20,000 bases of DNA from the IMG/VR virus record IMGVR_UViG_3300030085_005071, positions 56,705 to 76,704 of that record. The stretch is one strand, 5' to 3'. This document shows, piece after piece, positions 1 through 7,643 of this stretch. The stretch is from an uncultured virus (IMG/VR IMGVR_UViG_3300030085_005071). Its lineage: Duplodnaviria; Heunggongvirae; Uroviricota; Caudoviricetes. The notes under the pieces were generated by a model. The model did not search any database, was not told where the DNA came from, and worked only from the letters and a program-made list of their open reading frames with translations. Both the position numbers and the translations under genes were made by a program. The stretch's first letter is position 1. Every line of letters begins with the position of its first letter.

Positions 1-753
1 CATGATCTTCTTTTAGATCTTCAAACAATTATTGGTGGTAAAGTTATTGATAGTGGTTTTGATATGACGTCATTTGAATTAGAAATGTTTGGTTCATGTA
101 AAAAAATAATCATACACAAGAATAAGTCATTGATTATTCGTGATGAGTCAAAGTCTGATAATGAATCAGCTGAGAGAATGAAAGTCATCAAAGAAAAATT
201 GTCATACCCGGGTCTAAGTGAAAACGAAAGGCTTTTGCTTAAATACCGACTCCAGCAATTATCTGGAGGTATAGCCATTCTTAGAGTTGGCGCGGCGACT
301 GAGTCTGAGCTAATCGAGCGCTACGATCGCGTTGATGATGCACTTCATGCAACTCGTGCTGCTTTAGAAGAAGGTGTATTGCCCGGTGGGGGAATAGCGC
401 TGTATCAATTTGCGATCGAACATGAAAGTACTATCGATCATGAACATACTGACAAAGAAGTTATTGTTGGACATGATTTGTTGATCAACGCGTGCAAAGA
501 ACCCTTTAAACAAATTCTAAGTAACGCAGGTTTGTCACATCACAATATCTTAACAAACATACACAAGCACGGTAAAAAAGCTTCTAACGTTGGTTATGAC
601 GTAAGAAATAAACGTTTTGGTGATATGTTTGACCTAGGTGTTATTGATCCTGCAAAGGTTTCTAGGTGTGCTCTAGAAAACGCTGTTTCTGCTGCGACGA
701 TGCTTTTGTCTGCTGATTGTTCTTTAATTGAAGTTAAAAACGAATCTGCTTGA
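1..753 (+). CDS. groEL: Chaperonin GroEL/Cpn60 family, C-terminal part (5' end outside the window); divergent, lacks GGM tail
   Basis: Frame is open from base 1 (HDLLLDLQTIIGGKVI...). GroEL motifs: RLQQLSGGIAILRVGAATESE, RVDDALHATRAA (catalytic Asp equivalent), EGVLPGGG, DMFDLGVIDPAKVSRCALENAVSAA. Ends ...IEVKNESA with no Gly-Gly-Met repeat. Confidence 0.95.
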   Translation, partial: HDLLLDLQTIIGGKVIDSGFDMTSFELEMFGSCKKIIIHKNKSLIIRDESKSDNESAERMKVIKEKLSYPGLSENERLLLKYRLQQLSGGIAILRVGAATESELIERYDRVDDALHATRAALEEGVLPGGGIALYQFAIEHESTIDHEHTDKEVIVGHDLLINACKEPFKQILSNAGLSHHNILTNIHKHGKKASNVGYDVRNKRFGDMFDLGVIDPAKVSRCALENAVSAATMLLSADCSLIEVKNESA

Positions 754-759
754 TATTTA
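753..759 (+). promoter_or_regulatory. ATA(A/T/G)TTA motif (ATATTTA), putative -10-only/late promoter
   Basis: 27 nt before ATG 787. The same motif precedes six other + strand genes at 18-22 nt. Confidence 0.45.
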
Positions 760-786
760 TTTAACACGTAAGCAACAGGAGTAAGT

Positions 787-1116
787 ATGCAAGATTATAA
801 ACTAAAAAGAAAGTTAGCAACTGCAATTGTCAATTTAAAAATTGAGAACGAAGCACACGTTCCTGACTTAATGACTAGAATTAGAATCCTTCCTGGTATA
901 GCCGTTGTCGGTCAAAAAGATAAAGTTGCTCGTTTTTCTGATGGTGACGGCTCACTCTTGCTTAGTATCAAATATTTGCCAGAGTCTGATGAAATATTTA
1001 AAAGTTTAGAAGACATGTCGAAATTAGTTAAACGTTTACCAGGCGTAAAAACAGTAGCAATTGTCACTTTTAATAAGAGGAAAATATCCCTACATGGAAA
1101 AAAATTAATTTTTTAA
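787..1116 (+). CDS. Hypothetical protein (109 aa), weak internal repeat (RILPGIAVV / KRLPGVKTV)
   Basis: AGGAG SD at 777-781, ATG 787; fills the gap between groEL and hsp20. Confidence 0.8.
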   Translation: MQDYKLKRKLATAIVNLKIENEAHVPDLMTRIRILPGIAVVGQKDKVARFSDGDGSLLLSIKYLPESDEIFKSLEDMSKLVKRLPGVKTVAIVTFNKRKISLHGKKLIF

Positions 1117-1145
1117 TTGTAAACACTTTAAACTCAAGATATAAT
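1117..1145 (+). promoter_or_regulatory. Sigma70-type promoter TTGTAA-17bp-TATAAT upstream of hsp20
   Basis: TTGTAA 1117-1122, TATAAT 1140-1145, exact 17-bp spacer. Confidence 0.7.
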
Positions 1146-1190
1146 TCTAGCACCATGTTAAATGGTATACGAAACATAGGAGGAGATTAT

Positions 1191-1586
1191 ATGTTTTTAA
1201 CTGATTTTTTTGATGACAAATATTTTAATTCATACATTTCTGGTAACAATGCCAGACTTAAAACACAGACAAACACACCCTGTAATATCTATCAATCAGA
1301 AGGTTCATACATTTTTGACTTATATTTACCCGGTTTTTCTCGCGATGACTTTGACATAAATATTGATAACAATATTTTATCCGTCAAAGGTACTTCTGAC
1401 TTTGCAAAGAAAAACTACATCCATCAGGAACATGTCCAGGCTGCAAAATTTGAAAGATCCTTTTCTTTGCCGAAAAATGTCAATATTGATAATGTTGATG
1501 CCGACTATACTTCTGGTGTACTGTCAATATCAATTCCAAAATTTGAAGAAAGAAAGCCTCAGGCTAAAAAAATTACTGTTAAATAA
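1191..1586 (+). CDS. Small heat-shock protein, Hsp20/alpha-crystallin family
   Basis: Motifs PCNIYQ, LYLPGFSRDDFDINIDNNILSVKG, FERSFSLP, ADYTSGVLSISIPK and C-terminal IxV (KKITVK). Start moved from 1155 to ATG 1191, which follows a strong AGGAGGAG SD. Confidence 0.93.
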   Translation: MFLTDFFDDKYFNSYISGNNARLKTQTNTPCNIYQSEGSYIFDLYLPGFSRDDFDINIDNNILSVKGTSDFAKKNYIHQEHVQAAKFERSFSLPKNVNIDNVDADYTSGVLSISIPKFEERKPQAKKITVK

Positions 1587-1604
1587 TTAGGTGATTTTAT
1601 ATTT

Positions 1605-1643
1605 TGTGTGCGTTTACATAGAAAATGTAACGCACACATTTTT
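1605..1643 (+). terminator. Intrinsic terminator after hsp20
   Basis: TGTGTGCGTTTACAT (1605-1619), AGAAA loop, ATGTAACGCACACA (1625-1638): a 14-bp stem with one bulge, followed by TTTTT. Confidence 0.75.
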
Positions 1644-1653
1644 ATTGTATAAT
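1625..1653 (+). promoter_or_regulatory. Promoter ATGTAA-17bp-TATAAT upstream of the sigma gene, overlapping the terminator 3' arm
   Basis: ATGTAA 1625-1630, TATAAT 1648-1653, 17-bp spacer; same architecture as the promoters at 1117 and 13235. Confidence 0.6.
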
Positions 1654-1700
1654 ATATACATACAACTACTACAAACTATAAATTAAACATTGGAGACTAC

Positions 1701-2471
1701 ATGGAAAGAACTGTTCTTGAAACATATTTTCGAGATATTAAAAATAAAACTAGTTTACTTACGCGTGAACAAGAAGTTGAATTAGCAAAGCGCATCGAAA
1801 AAGGTGACAAAAGAGCTAGAGATAAGATGATTGAATCGAATCTTCGGCTAGCAATATCAATAGCAAAGCAATACGCAAGGTACGGATCTACGCTAGAAGA
1901 CTTAATTCAAGAATCTAATATTGGTCTCATGAAGGCTGTGGAAAAATTTGATTGGCGAAAAGGTTTTAAATTTTCAACTTATGCATCATGGTGGATCAAA
2001 CAGGCAGTGACTCGTAGTTTAACTTCGAACAGCACACTTCTTAAAGTTCCGTCCCATACTTTAGCAAATGCAAGAAAAATTTGGCAACTCAAGCAAGATT
2101 ACATGGAAGAATTTGGCGTTGAACCTTCTATGGAAGAAATATGTGATGCCCTTGACATGACAGAAAAACATGTCAGATTAGCTATTTCATCGATTAGAAG
2201 TAAAAACATTGCTAGTATCGACCAGCAAATTGGTGAAGAAGGTGCAAGAACACTAGGGGATATTATTCCAGACAATTCATCAACAAACATCGAGCAGATA
2301 CTAGATAATAAAATTATAAGACAGAAGATAATTAAAGCGCTTGGCTCTCTCTCAAAAAGAGAAGAACTAGTTCTTCGTTTGAGATTCGGTCTCGATGAAG
2401 TACTAGAAGACGACAAAAACATTTACGATATCAACGAAAACAACGAAGGAGTTAACAATGGCAATGCCTAA
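1701..2471 (+). CDS. RNA polymerase sigma-70 factor, RpoD/RpoS-like (regions 1.2, 2, 3, 4.1), lacking region 1.1 and the region 4.2 HTH
   Basis: LLTREQEVELAKRI (1.2); MIESNLRLAISIAKQY, DLIQESNIGLMKAVEKFD, GFKFSTYASWWIKQAVTR (2.1-2.4); EPSMEEI, SIDQQIG, TLGDIIPD (3); LSKREELVLRLRFGL (4.1), then an acidic tail and stop. GGAG SD. Confidence 0.93.
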   Translation: MERTVLETYFRDIKNKTSLLTREQEVELAKRIEKGDKRARDKMIESNLRLAISIAKQYARYGSTLEDLIQESNIGLMKAVEKFDWRKGFKFSTYASWWIKQAVTRSLTSNSTLLKVPSHTLANARKIWQLKQDYMEEFGVEPSMEEICDALDMTEKHVRLAISSIRSKNIASIDQQIGEEGARTLGDIIPDNSSTNIEQILDNKIIRQKIIKALGSLSKREELVLRLRFGLDEVLEDDKNIYDINENNEGVNNGNA

Positions 2472-2751
2472 AGGATTTAAATCAGAAAACGGTTATGGTA
2501 CATCAAAACAATTTGACGGAGCAACTTATCATCAAATTGCTGATCAATTAAATGAGAAAGGTTATAAAATGAATCATTCCACAGCAAGAAATGTTTATGT
2601 TAAAGCCCTTATGAAGATTGCATCTGAAGTTACTGATCTTTATGATGTAAGCATGGATCAGAAAAAACTTAAAAAGATCGCTATTAATCCTGAATTCCAA
2701 GAAACCATAAGGGACTTTATGGATGAGTTAGACAATGGTATCGGGAAATGA
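2458..2751 (+). CDS. Small HTH protein resembling sigma-70 region 4.2
   Basis: GAAGGAG SD; overlaps the sigma stop. DGATYHQIADQL...NHSTARNVYVKALMKIA parallels TLEEVG...TRERIRQIEAKALRKLR, with a 5-residue insertion in the turn. Confidence 0.65.
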   Translation: MAMPKGFKSENGYGTSKQFDGATYHQIADQLNEKGYKMNHSTARNVYVKALMKIASEVTDLYDVSMDQKKLKKIAINPEFQETIRDFMDELDNGIGK

Positions 2752-3017
2752 TAGATATATTTTCTATTATAGATGATCTTCGTTTTAGAACATCTTTACT
2801 AGAGAGTCTGGAGTGGGACGAAGATCTGCTCCAGACTTTTTTATTTTACTTTGATGACGCTCTTAAGTCCGACACCGATCCTCAATCTTTACTCTCAGAC
2901 ATTCAAAAATATTTTGGCAGAGGAACTCATGATATTATTGTCAAGCTTTTTAAAGAAGAAGCTTTAAATGTTGATGGATATTTAGATAATATTGATGGAG
3001 AAAATGATGACTATTAG
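2748..3017 (+). CDS. Hypothetical acidic protein (89 aa)
   Basis: ATGA overlap with the upstream gene; D/E-rich and likely helical. Confidence 0.75.
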   Translation: MIDIFSIIDDLRFRTSLLESLEWDEDLLQTFLFYFDDALKSDTDPQSLLSDIQKYFGRGTHDIIVKLFKEEALNVDGYLDNIDGENDDY

Positions 3018-3303
3018 TTTGAATATTATTTTAAAAAAGAATAAGATGTGCCTTGAAGACTTTATTAAGAAAAATAAATTAACTTCATATATATCTTTAG
3101 TAGAATATTGCCAAGGGCGCAGTTTTGTTCCTTGCAGTGAAGAAGATTTTAAAAAAGCGCTAGGCATCAAGGAAAAGGTTAATGTCATCAAGAAAAAACC
3201 TAGTAGGACAACTAGTAAAACACAAGAACCAAAAAAACGTAGGAATCGTCGTAAAAAGCAACAAGACACACCCAAATTACCTGACGGTTCTGACAATGGG
3301 TAA
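3007..3303 (+). CDS. Hypothetical basic protein
   Basis: GGAG at 2997-3000 favours ATG 3007 (or 3004) over 2992. Lys/Arg-rich C-terminus (PKKRRNRRKK). Confidence 0.7.
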   Translation: MTISLNIILKKNKMCLEDFIKKNKLTSYISLVEYCQGRSFVPCSEEDFKKALGIKEKVNVIKKKPSRTTSKTQEPKKRRNRRKKQQDTPKLPDGSDNG

Positions 3304-3338
3304 ATTGGAAGAATGGAGTATTTTTTCAATTGTTCTAG

Positions 3339-3345
3339 ATAATTA
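3339..3345 (+). promoter_or_regulatory. ATAATTA motif, putative -10-only/late promoter
   Basis: GATAATTA 20 nt before ATG 3366. Confidence 0.55.
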
Positions 3346-3365
3346 GTATTAAAAAGGAGTTTATC

Positions 3366-3704
3366 ATGGCAACCAATTGGCCAAATTCAGGAATTAGTAA
3401 TGTAGGTGAATTCCAAGTTTCTGGACACACACTACCCATAACCGGTTCGAGCGCAATTATTAAATTAAACTACGTAGCAAGTTCGATTACTGTAGCTGCT
3501 ATCGATGGTGATAGAGCAGTTACTTTTTATGATGGTTCACATAACGCAGTGAATTTTACAGTACCTGTAGATACAACTGCAAAATTCAAAGGCAAGTTTC
3601 TAACTTTTAAAGTTCCAGCCAACGCGTCAGCATTAGTCGAACTAACTAATATTCCATCCGGATCGTACTCAGTGCCTACATTCACAGATTTGTTTTACGA
3701 GTAA
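3366..3704 (+). CDS. Hypothetical beta-rich protein, possible virion component
   Basis: AAGGAG SD. Rich in small residues and predicted beta strands (GISNVGEFQVSG...); preceded by the ATAATTA motif. Confidence 0.7.
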   Translation: MATNWPNSGISNVGEFQVSGHTLPITGSSAIIKLNYVASSITVAAIDGDRAVTFYDGSHNAVNFTVPVDTTAKFKGKFLTFKVPANASALVELTNIPSGSYSVPTFTDLFYE

Positions 3705-3714
3705 GCCTCACTAA

Positions 3715-3927
3715 ATGAAGTATAAGGTAGGCGATTTAATCTATGTGCCTTCTTACGAGGCTAACGGTATAATAGTCAGTGCATATGTAATTAATGAAAC
3801 ACAAACTATAGATGATTTGTGGAATACAAAAATATTAGTTCAAGAAACTTTGTATAAAGTTCTAATTCAAGGTAAAATAGTAACACTTACAAATCCTTTA
3901 ATTGAGAAAATACAGAGGTTAACATGA
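3715..3927 (+). CDS. Small hypothetical protein, KOW/SH3-like start (MKYKVGDLIYV...GIIV)
   Basis: Typical small phage SH3-like ORF; ATGA overlap with the next gene. Confidence 0.7.
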   Translation: MKYKVGDLIYVPSYEANGIIVSAYVINETQTIDDLWNTKILVQETLYKVLIQGKIVTLTNPLIEKIQRLT

Positions 3928-4517
3928 ATATGTTTGTATTAGATGAGCAGCCTTTAAAAGCTGCTGAATACCACTGCAACAAGCATGTGGTTAAGATGAT
4001 TCTAGAAGCAGGACAAATGTTGTGCGCAGCACACTGGATGAGCTGGCTTGATAAATTTGGAAAAACGCGATCAGACTTTAGATTAATGCGTGACGTCAAA
4101 CAGTTTTTAAAAGATAATGTGCCACAAGATAAACAACCCCCTTGGGGTCTGACACACGTCAATCATCCTTGCACTATCTGGACCAGACAGTCGGCCGAAA
4201 ACTATGGATGGCATATAGAGCTAATGAGGTGTTTGCTACGAGAATATAACTTGAGGTATGACAAGGTTCATAAGTCTACTGAAGTTTATTATTGGCTTGT
4301 ACAAAATAGTCCTGTCAGTTTTCCTGTCAAAGGGAGAACCCCGTTTCCTATCTGCATGAAAGAAGAATATAAAGTTGGTGACGATCCTATACAAAGTTAT
4401 CGAAAGTATTATATTAAAGATAAGGTCAGGTTTGCAAAGTGGGAGCCTAGAGCAAAAACCCCTGACTGGTTTTTACAAGGAGTAACTAATGAAAATGAGC
4501 CAAGAAGACTTGAATAA
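3924..4517 (+). CDS. Pyrimidine-dimer DNA glycosylase / T4 endonuclease V-like family protein
   Basis: Family signature MNMFVLD..P..AAEYHCNKHVVKMILEAGQMLC, THVNHPCTIWTR.S..NY.W, EYNLRYDKVH, TPFPICM, DPIQSYRKYYI. Confidence 0.85.
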   Translation: MNMFVLDEQPLKAAEYHCNKHVVKMILEAGQMLCAAHWMSWLDKFGKTRSDFRLMRDVKQFLKDNVPQDKQPPWGLTHVNHPCTIWTRQSAENYGWHIELMRCLLREYNLRYDKVHKSTEVYYWLVQNSPVSFPVKGRTPFPICMKEEYKVGDDPIQSYRKYYIKDKVRFAKWEPRAKTPDWFLQGVTNENEPRRLE

Positions 4518-4680
4518 AATGCTAGAAATTAGAAAATCACTAGTTTTGGAATTTGAAAATTTAAGAGACTATAAACAAAACCCGAATGCACTTATGAAAG
4601 AAGCCGATCATGCAGTTTTTATCGGTAAAACAATCAATAAAATAGACGAATTTTTAGGTAAGTACGTTCAATTTAGTTGA
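4489..4680 (+). CDS. Hypothetical protein (63 aa)
   Basis: AAGGAG SD at about 4477-4482; overlaps the upstream stop. Confidence 0.7.
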   Translation: MKMSQEDLNKMLEIRKSLVLEFENLRDYKQNPNALMKEADHAVFIGKTINKIDEFLGKYVQFS

Positions 4681-4707
4681 TTAAATTGTTAAACTTTGAT
4701 AACAAGT

Positions 4708-4749
4708 AAGCCTCCGCTATATAGTTAAATTATGTAGAGGAGGTTTTTT
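4708..4749 (+). terminator. Terminator-like hairpin that pairs the GGAGG SD of the next gene and overlaps the ATAGTTA motif (stem top/loop)
   Basis: AAGCCTCC-G-CTATATA (4708-4723), loop, TATGTAG-A-GGAGGTTT (4731-4746); T-run 4744-4749; ATG at 4750. Confidence 0.65.
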
Positions 4750-6333
4750 ATGTACTATTATTTTCTTGTCTTTCTTCTGTTTGCATGCAATGATTATGCG
4801 ATTAAAAACGAATTAAATATCGGCCCTGAATTAGTTGTTTATCCGGAAAATATTGATTTTGGTCACCTCAAGTCAGGAACTGAATCTGGTCAAGAGGTAT
4901 TCGCGGTAATTAACGCTGGTGACGAAGACTTGGTTATAAGTCACCCAGCTCTTATTTCAAATACTGCTAGATTTAGTCTGGACCCAGATTTACAAGAAAA
5001 TTATACAATCTTGCCCGGTGATACGCAAGAATTTAACATTTACTATACACCTGAGACATATGAAACAGGTGAAGCTATCATCAGCCTTGTATCAAATGAC
5101 GAGGATGAGAATCAGTACGAAATACCAGTGACAGGTTTTGGAGATGCCCCAGTTATATCTGTAACTCCGGAGACATTTGATTACGGGCAAATAAGTATAG
5201 GTTGCGATAATGAAGAAAGAATTACTATTCGCAACGTAGGAAACCTAGAGTTGACTGTTGATAACATTACACAAATGGTGACGTCACCACCGGACATCAT
5301 CATGGAAATGGGATCTTTACCTCCACCACCATGGCATTTAGCGCCAGGACAAGAAGTTGATTTTCTCGTATCTTATATACCGATTGATATTAGCTATGAT
5401 GAAAGTGTAATTAGAGTAGAGAGTAACGATCCTATACTACCGCTAGTTGAAGTTGTGCAGTACGGAGAAGGAGACGTTGAACATTGGCATACACAAACGC
5501 ATGTCCAAGAAGAAATTGCACTTTTAGATGTACTTTTTGTGGTCGATAATTCTGGGTCAATGAATATATTTCAGCAAGAGTTAGGAAGTCAAATGAATGC
5601 ATTCATGAATGTATTTGACAGTTCGGGAGCAGATTATCATCTTGCTGTTATAACTACAGATGAAGCTCGATTTAGACAATACGATGGTTATACTTGGATC
5701 GATCAGACTCACAGAGATCCTGTTTTATGGATGCAGAATGTAATAGCTTCAATAGGTATTCACGGAAGTGGTTTTGAAAGAGGGATAGAGATGGCCAAGT
5801 ACGCACTTGAAGATGACGCAGCACCCGGAAAAGACTACAATAGAGAAAACGCAACCATGGTCATTATATACGTATCAGATGAACCAGATCATTCGCAAGG
5901 AGGATTTACTTCGTACCTTAGTTTCTTTGACAATTTTAAAATCTCACCGAGCTTGATGCGTCAATTTGCTGTCATTGGCGATTATCCAACTGGGTGTCAC
6001 TTTCCTTACTTGAATCGTTCTAGAAATATTACTTTTGGTGGCGGCTACTATGAGATGACCCAAAGATACAACGGAGACTGGTATTCAATATGCGCTGTAG
6101 ATTGGGGGCAGCAAATGCAAAACTTAGCAAACACTGTCACAACGCAACGATCTTTTAATATAGATGAAAGTGATCCGATTGAATCAACAATAATAGTAAC
6201 AGTTAATGGACAAGCTAGTAGTGATTGGGCATACGATTCAATTACAAATTCTGTCATATTTAATGAAGCAAGTATACCTGAACCAGGTCAGACAATTATT
6301 ATAGAGTATGCAGTGTGGGGCTGCGGGGGATGA
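4750..6333 (+). CDS. Putative lipoprotein with two Ig-like (ASH / choice-of-anchor-D-like) domains and a vWA domain
   Basis: Lipobox LLFA-C. Two repeats P..IDFG..../INAGDEDLVI..../SND and P.TFDYG..../IRNVGNLELTV..../SND. vWA MIDAS DVLFVVDNSGSM, later AVITTD and IYVSDE.D; C-terminal VTVNG...W.YD..TNSVIF...P..G..I.IEY. Confidence 0.85.
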   Translation: MYYYFLVFLLFACNDYAIKNELNIGPELVVYPENIDFGHLKSGTESGQEVFAVINAGDEDLVISHPALISNTARFSLDPDLQENYTILPGDTQEFNIYYTPETYETGEAIISLVSNDEDENQYEIPVTGFGDAPVISVTPETFDYGQISIGCDNEERITIRNVGNLELTVDNITQMVTSPPDIIMEMGSLPPPPWHLAPGQEVDFLVSYIPIDISYDESVIRVESNDPILPLVEVVQYGEGDVEHWHTQTHVQEEIALLDVLFVVDNSGSMNIFQQELGSQMNAFMNVFDSSGADYHLAVITTDEARFRQYDGYTWIDQTHRDPVLWMQNVIASIGIHGSGFERGIEMAKYALEDDAAPGKDYNRENATMVIIYVSDEPDHSQGGFTSYLSFFDNFKISPSLMRQFAVIGDYPTGCHFPYLNRSRNITFGGGYYEMTQRYNGDWYSICAVDWGQQMQNLANTVTTQRSFNIDESDPIESTIIVTVNGQASSDWAYDSITNSVIFNEASIPEPGQTIIIEYAVWGCGG

Positions 6334-6833
6334 AGAAAGCTTGGCCGTTAACTGCTGCTTTATTCTTAGGATTCTTAATAGGTTTAACCATTAAGAACGT
6401 TTACAATTTAACTGCAAGACAACCTAATCAATGGAAAGATAGACCGGTTATAGTTAACTGCGCTGGTGACGACATTAAAGAATCAACAATAAAAAGGGCA
6501 GTTAATTTTTGGCATGAAAAAGGTGAAGAAATATATTTTTATGAGTATAGATTTATTGAGAGTGTATGCAAAGATGTTAAATTAATGGACGGGTTTATTA
6601 TTATTACGACTTCAAAAAATGCTAAAAATAGTGATCTCACCTTAGCATCAACAACAAGATCAGCTAGGCTAGGCGTAGTTCAGTCAGCAATTATAGAATT
6701 CAAACCAGGTACACATAATTTTATTTTACTATTAGAGCATGAGCTAGGTCATGCCTTTGGCTACACACACCGAAAGATTCCTGGTCATATCATGCACCCT
6801 TACTATGACATGATGGGGGATAAATTTTGGTAA
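6330..6833 (+). CDS. Membrane-anchored metzincin (matrixin/M10-like) zinc metalloprotease
   Basis: HELGHAFGYTH (HExxHxxGxxH) plus Met-turn IMHP; N-terminal hydrophobic helix. Start placed at ATG 6330 (ATGA overlap). Confidence 0.85.
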   Translation: MKKAWPLTAALFLGFLIGLTIKNVYNLTARQPNQWKDRPVIVNCAGDDIKESTIKRAVNFWHEKGEEIYFYEYRFIESVCKDVKLMDGFIIITTSKNAKNSDLTLASTTRSARLGVVQSAIIEFKPGTHNFILLLEHELGHAFGYTHRKIPGHIMHPYYDMMGDKFW

Positions 6834-6836
6834 CAA

Positions 6837-7643
6837 TTAAAGACCCGAAGCAGTCTCAATTGACATTTGTCGATCTGATTGACCTGCTATAGCTGCAATT
6901 TGAGAATCAGTAAGTGCGACACCGTCGCCAATTTGTATTGAGTCTATTTGACCGGTGACTGATTTTGACCCAAACATCTTCCCAGTGCCAGATGCAAAAC
7001 CACCCCAACCTAACGTCGGGTTTGAAAGTGGAGGGAGTATTTTAGTACCTTGGGGCGCAGTATTTTGGCCATTTTGCATTGTTATTTTGGAGCCATTTAC
7101 AAATAGATCTATGTTTAAAGCAGAACCGGTATCCTTGATCCGAATTGCAAAGTGATTCCAGGTGTTTATAAGCGTAACTGAAACACCGTTTTTAAATTTA
7201 GTAATATTACTAGATCCATTATTATGAATAATTCGTGCAGTCATTGAGTTTGAACCAAGCCCCCAATCACAACCGAATCTTCTTGTTCCAGCGTTACCTC
7301 TACCGAATACCGCTTTATTGCCACTTTGATTGTTACTGACGTTTGAAAGATTTTGCCACCACGATATTGTGAATTCGTCATTTACAGTCTCACCTGTACC
7401 ACTATCGTATGCAACGTATCCATTTGAGTTTAAATTGACAGTAAAATTTCCGGCTGGATGTGTACTAGTATCATTAAAGATCGTGTGCCCAGCTTCTTCT
7501 TCAAAAAAAGTACCTGCCACTTCACCACCGCCACCACCAGACGGACCAACACCTAATACTTTTTCGGCATTTTCTACACTAACACTTAAGACTTTTGTGA
7601 TGTTATCTAATGCTACACCAATGACTTTTGTAAATGTAGACAT
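6837..7643 (-). CDS. LamG / concanavalin-A-like lectin domain protein, probable virion/tail accessory protein
   Basis: FTISWW, INTWNHFAI, LFVNG, GQIDSIQI, ALTDSQIAAI are LamG-like motifs; poly-Gly linker. ATG 7643 overlaps the upstream TAA (TAATG). Confidence 0.8.
   Translation of the reverse strand: MSTFTKVIGVALDNITKVLSVSVENAEKVLGVGPSGGGGGEVAGTFFEEEAGHTIFNDTSTHPAGNFTVNLNSNGYVAYDSGTGETVNDEFTISWWQNLSNVSNNQSGNKAVFGRGNAGTRRFGCDWGLGSNSMTARIIHNNGSSNITKFKNGVSVTLINTWNHFAIRIKDTGSALNIDLFVNGSKITMQNGQNTAPQGTKILPPLSNPTLGWGGFASGTGKMFGSKSVTGQIDSIQIGDGVALTDSQIAAIAGQSDRQMSIETASGL

Noticed and set aside
2394..2471. Pseudogene, sequencing frameshift or programmed +1 shift joining sigma to the HTH ORF
   Set aside because: The +1 frame is open only from 2407. 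A fusion would put ~40 aa between RFGL and the HTH, against ~6 normally, and the second ORF has its own strong SD and ATG. Not fully excluded without reads.
1..2471. Ordinary bacterial heat-shock locus (groEL, hsp20, rpoH) with a CIRCE operator
   Set aside because: The inverted repeat at 1605-1638 does not match CIRCE (TTAGCACTC-N9-GAGTGCTAA), the sigma lacks an RpoH box, and the neighbouring genes are phage-like.
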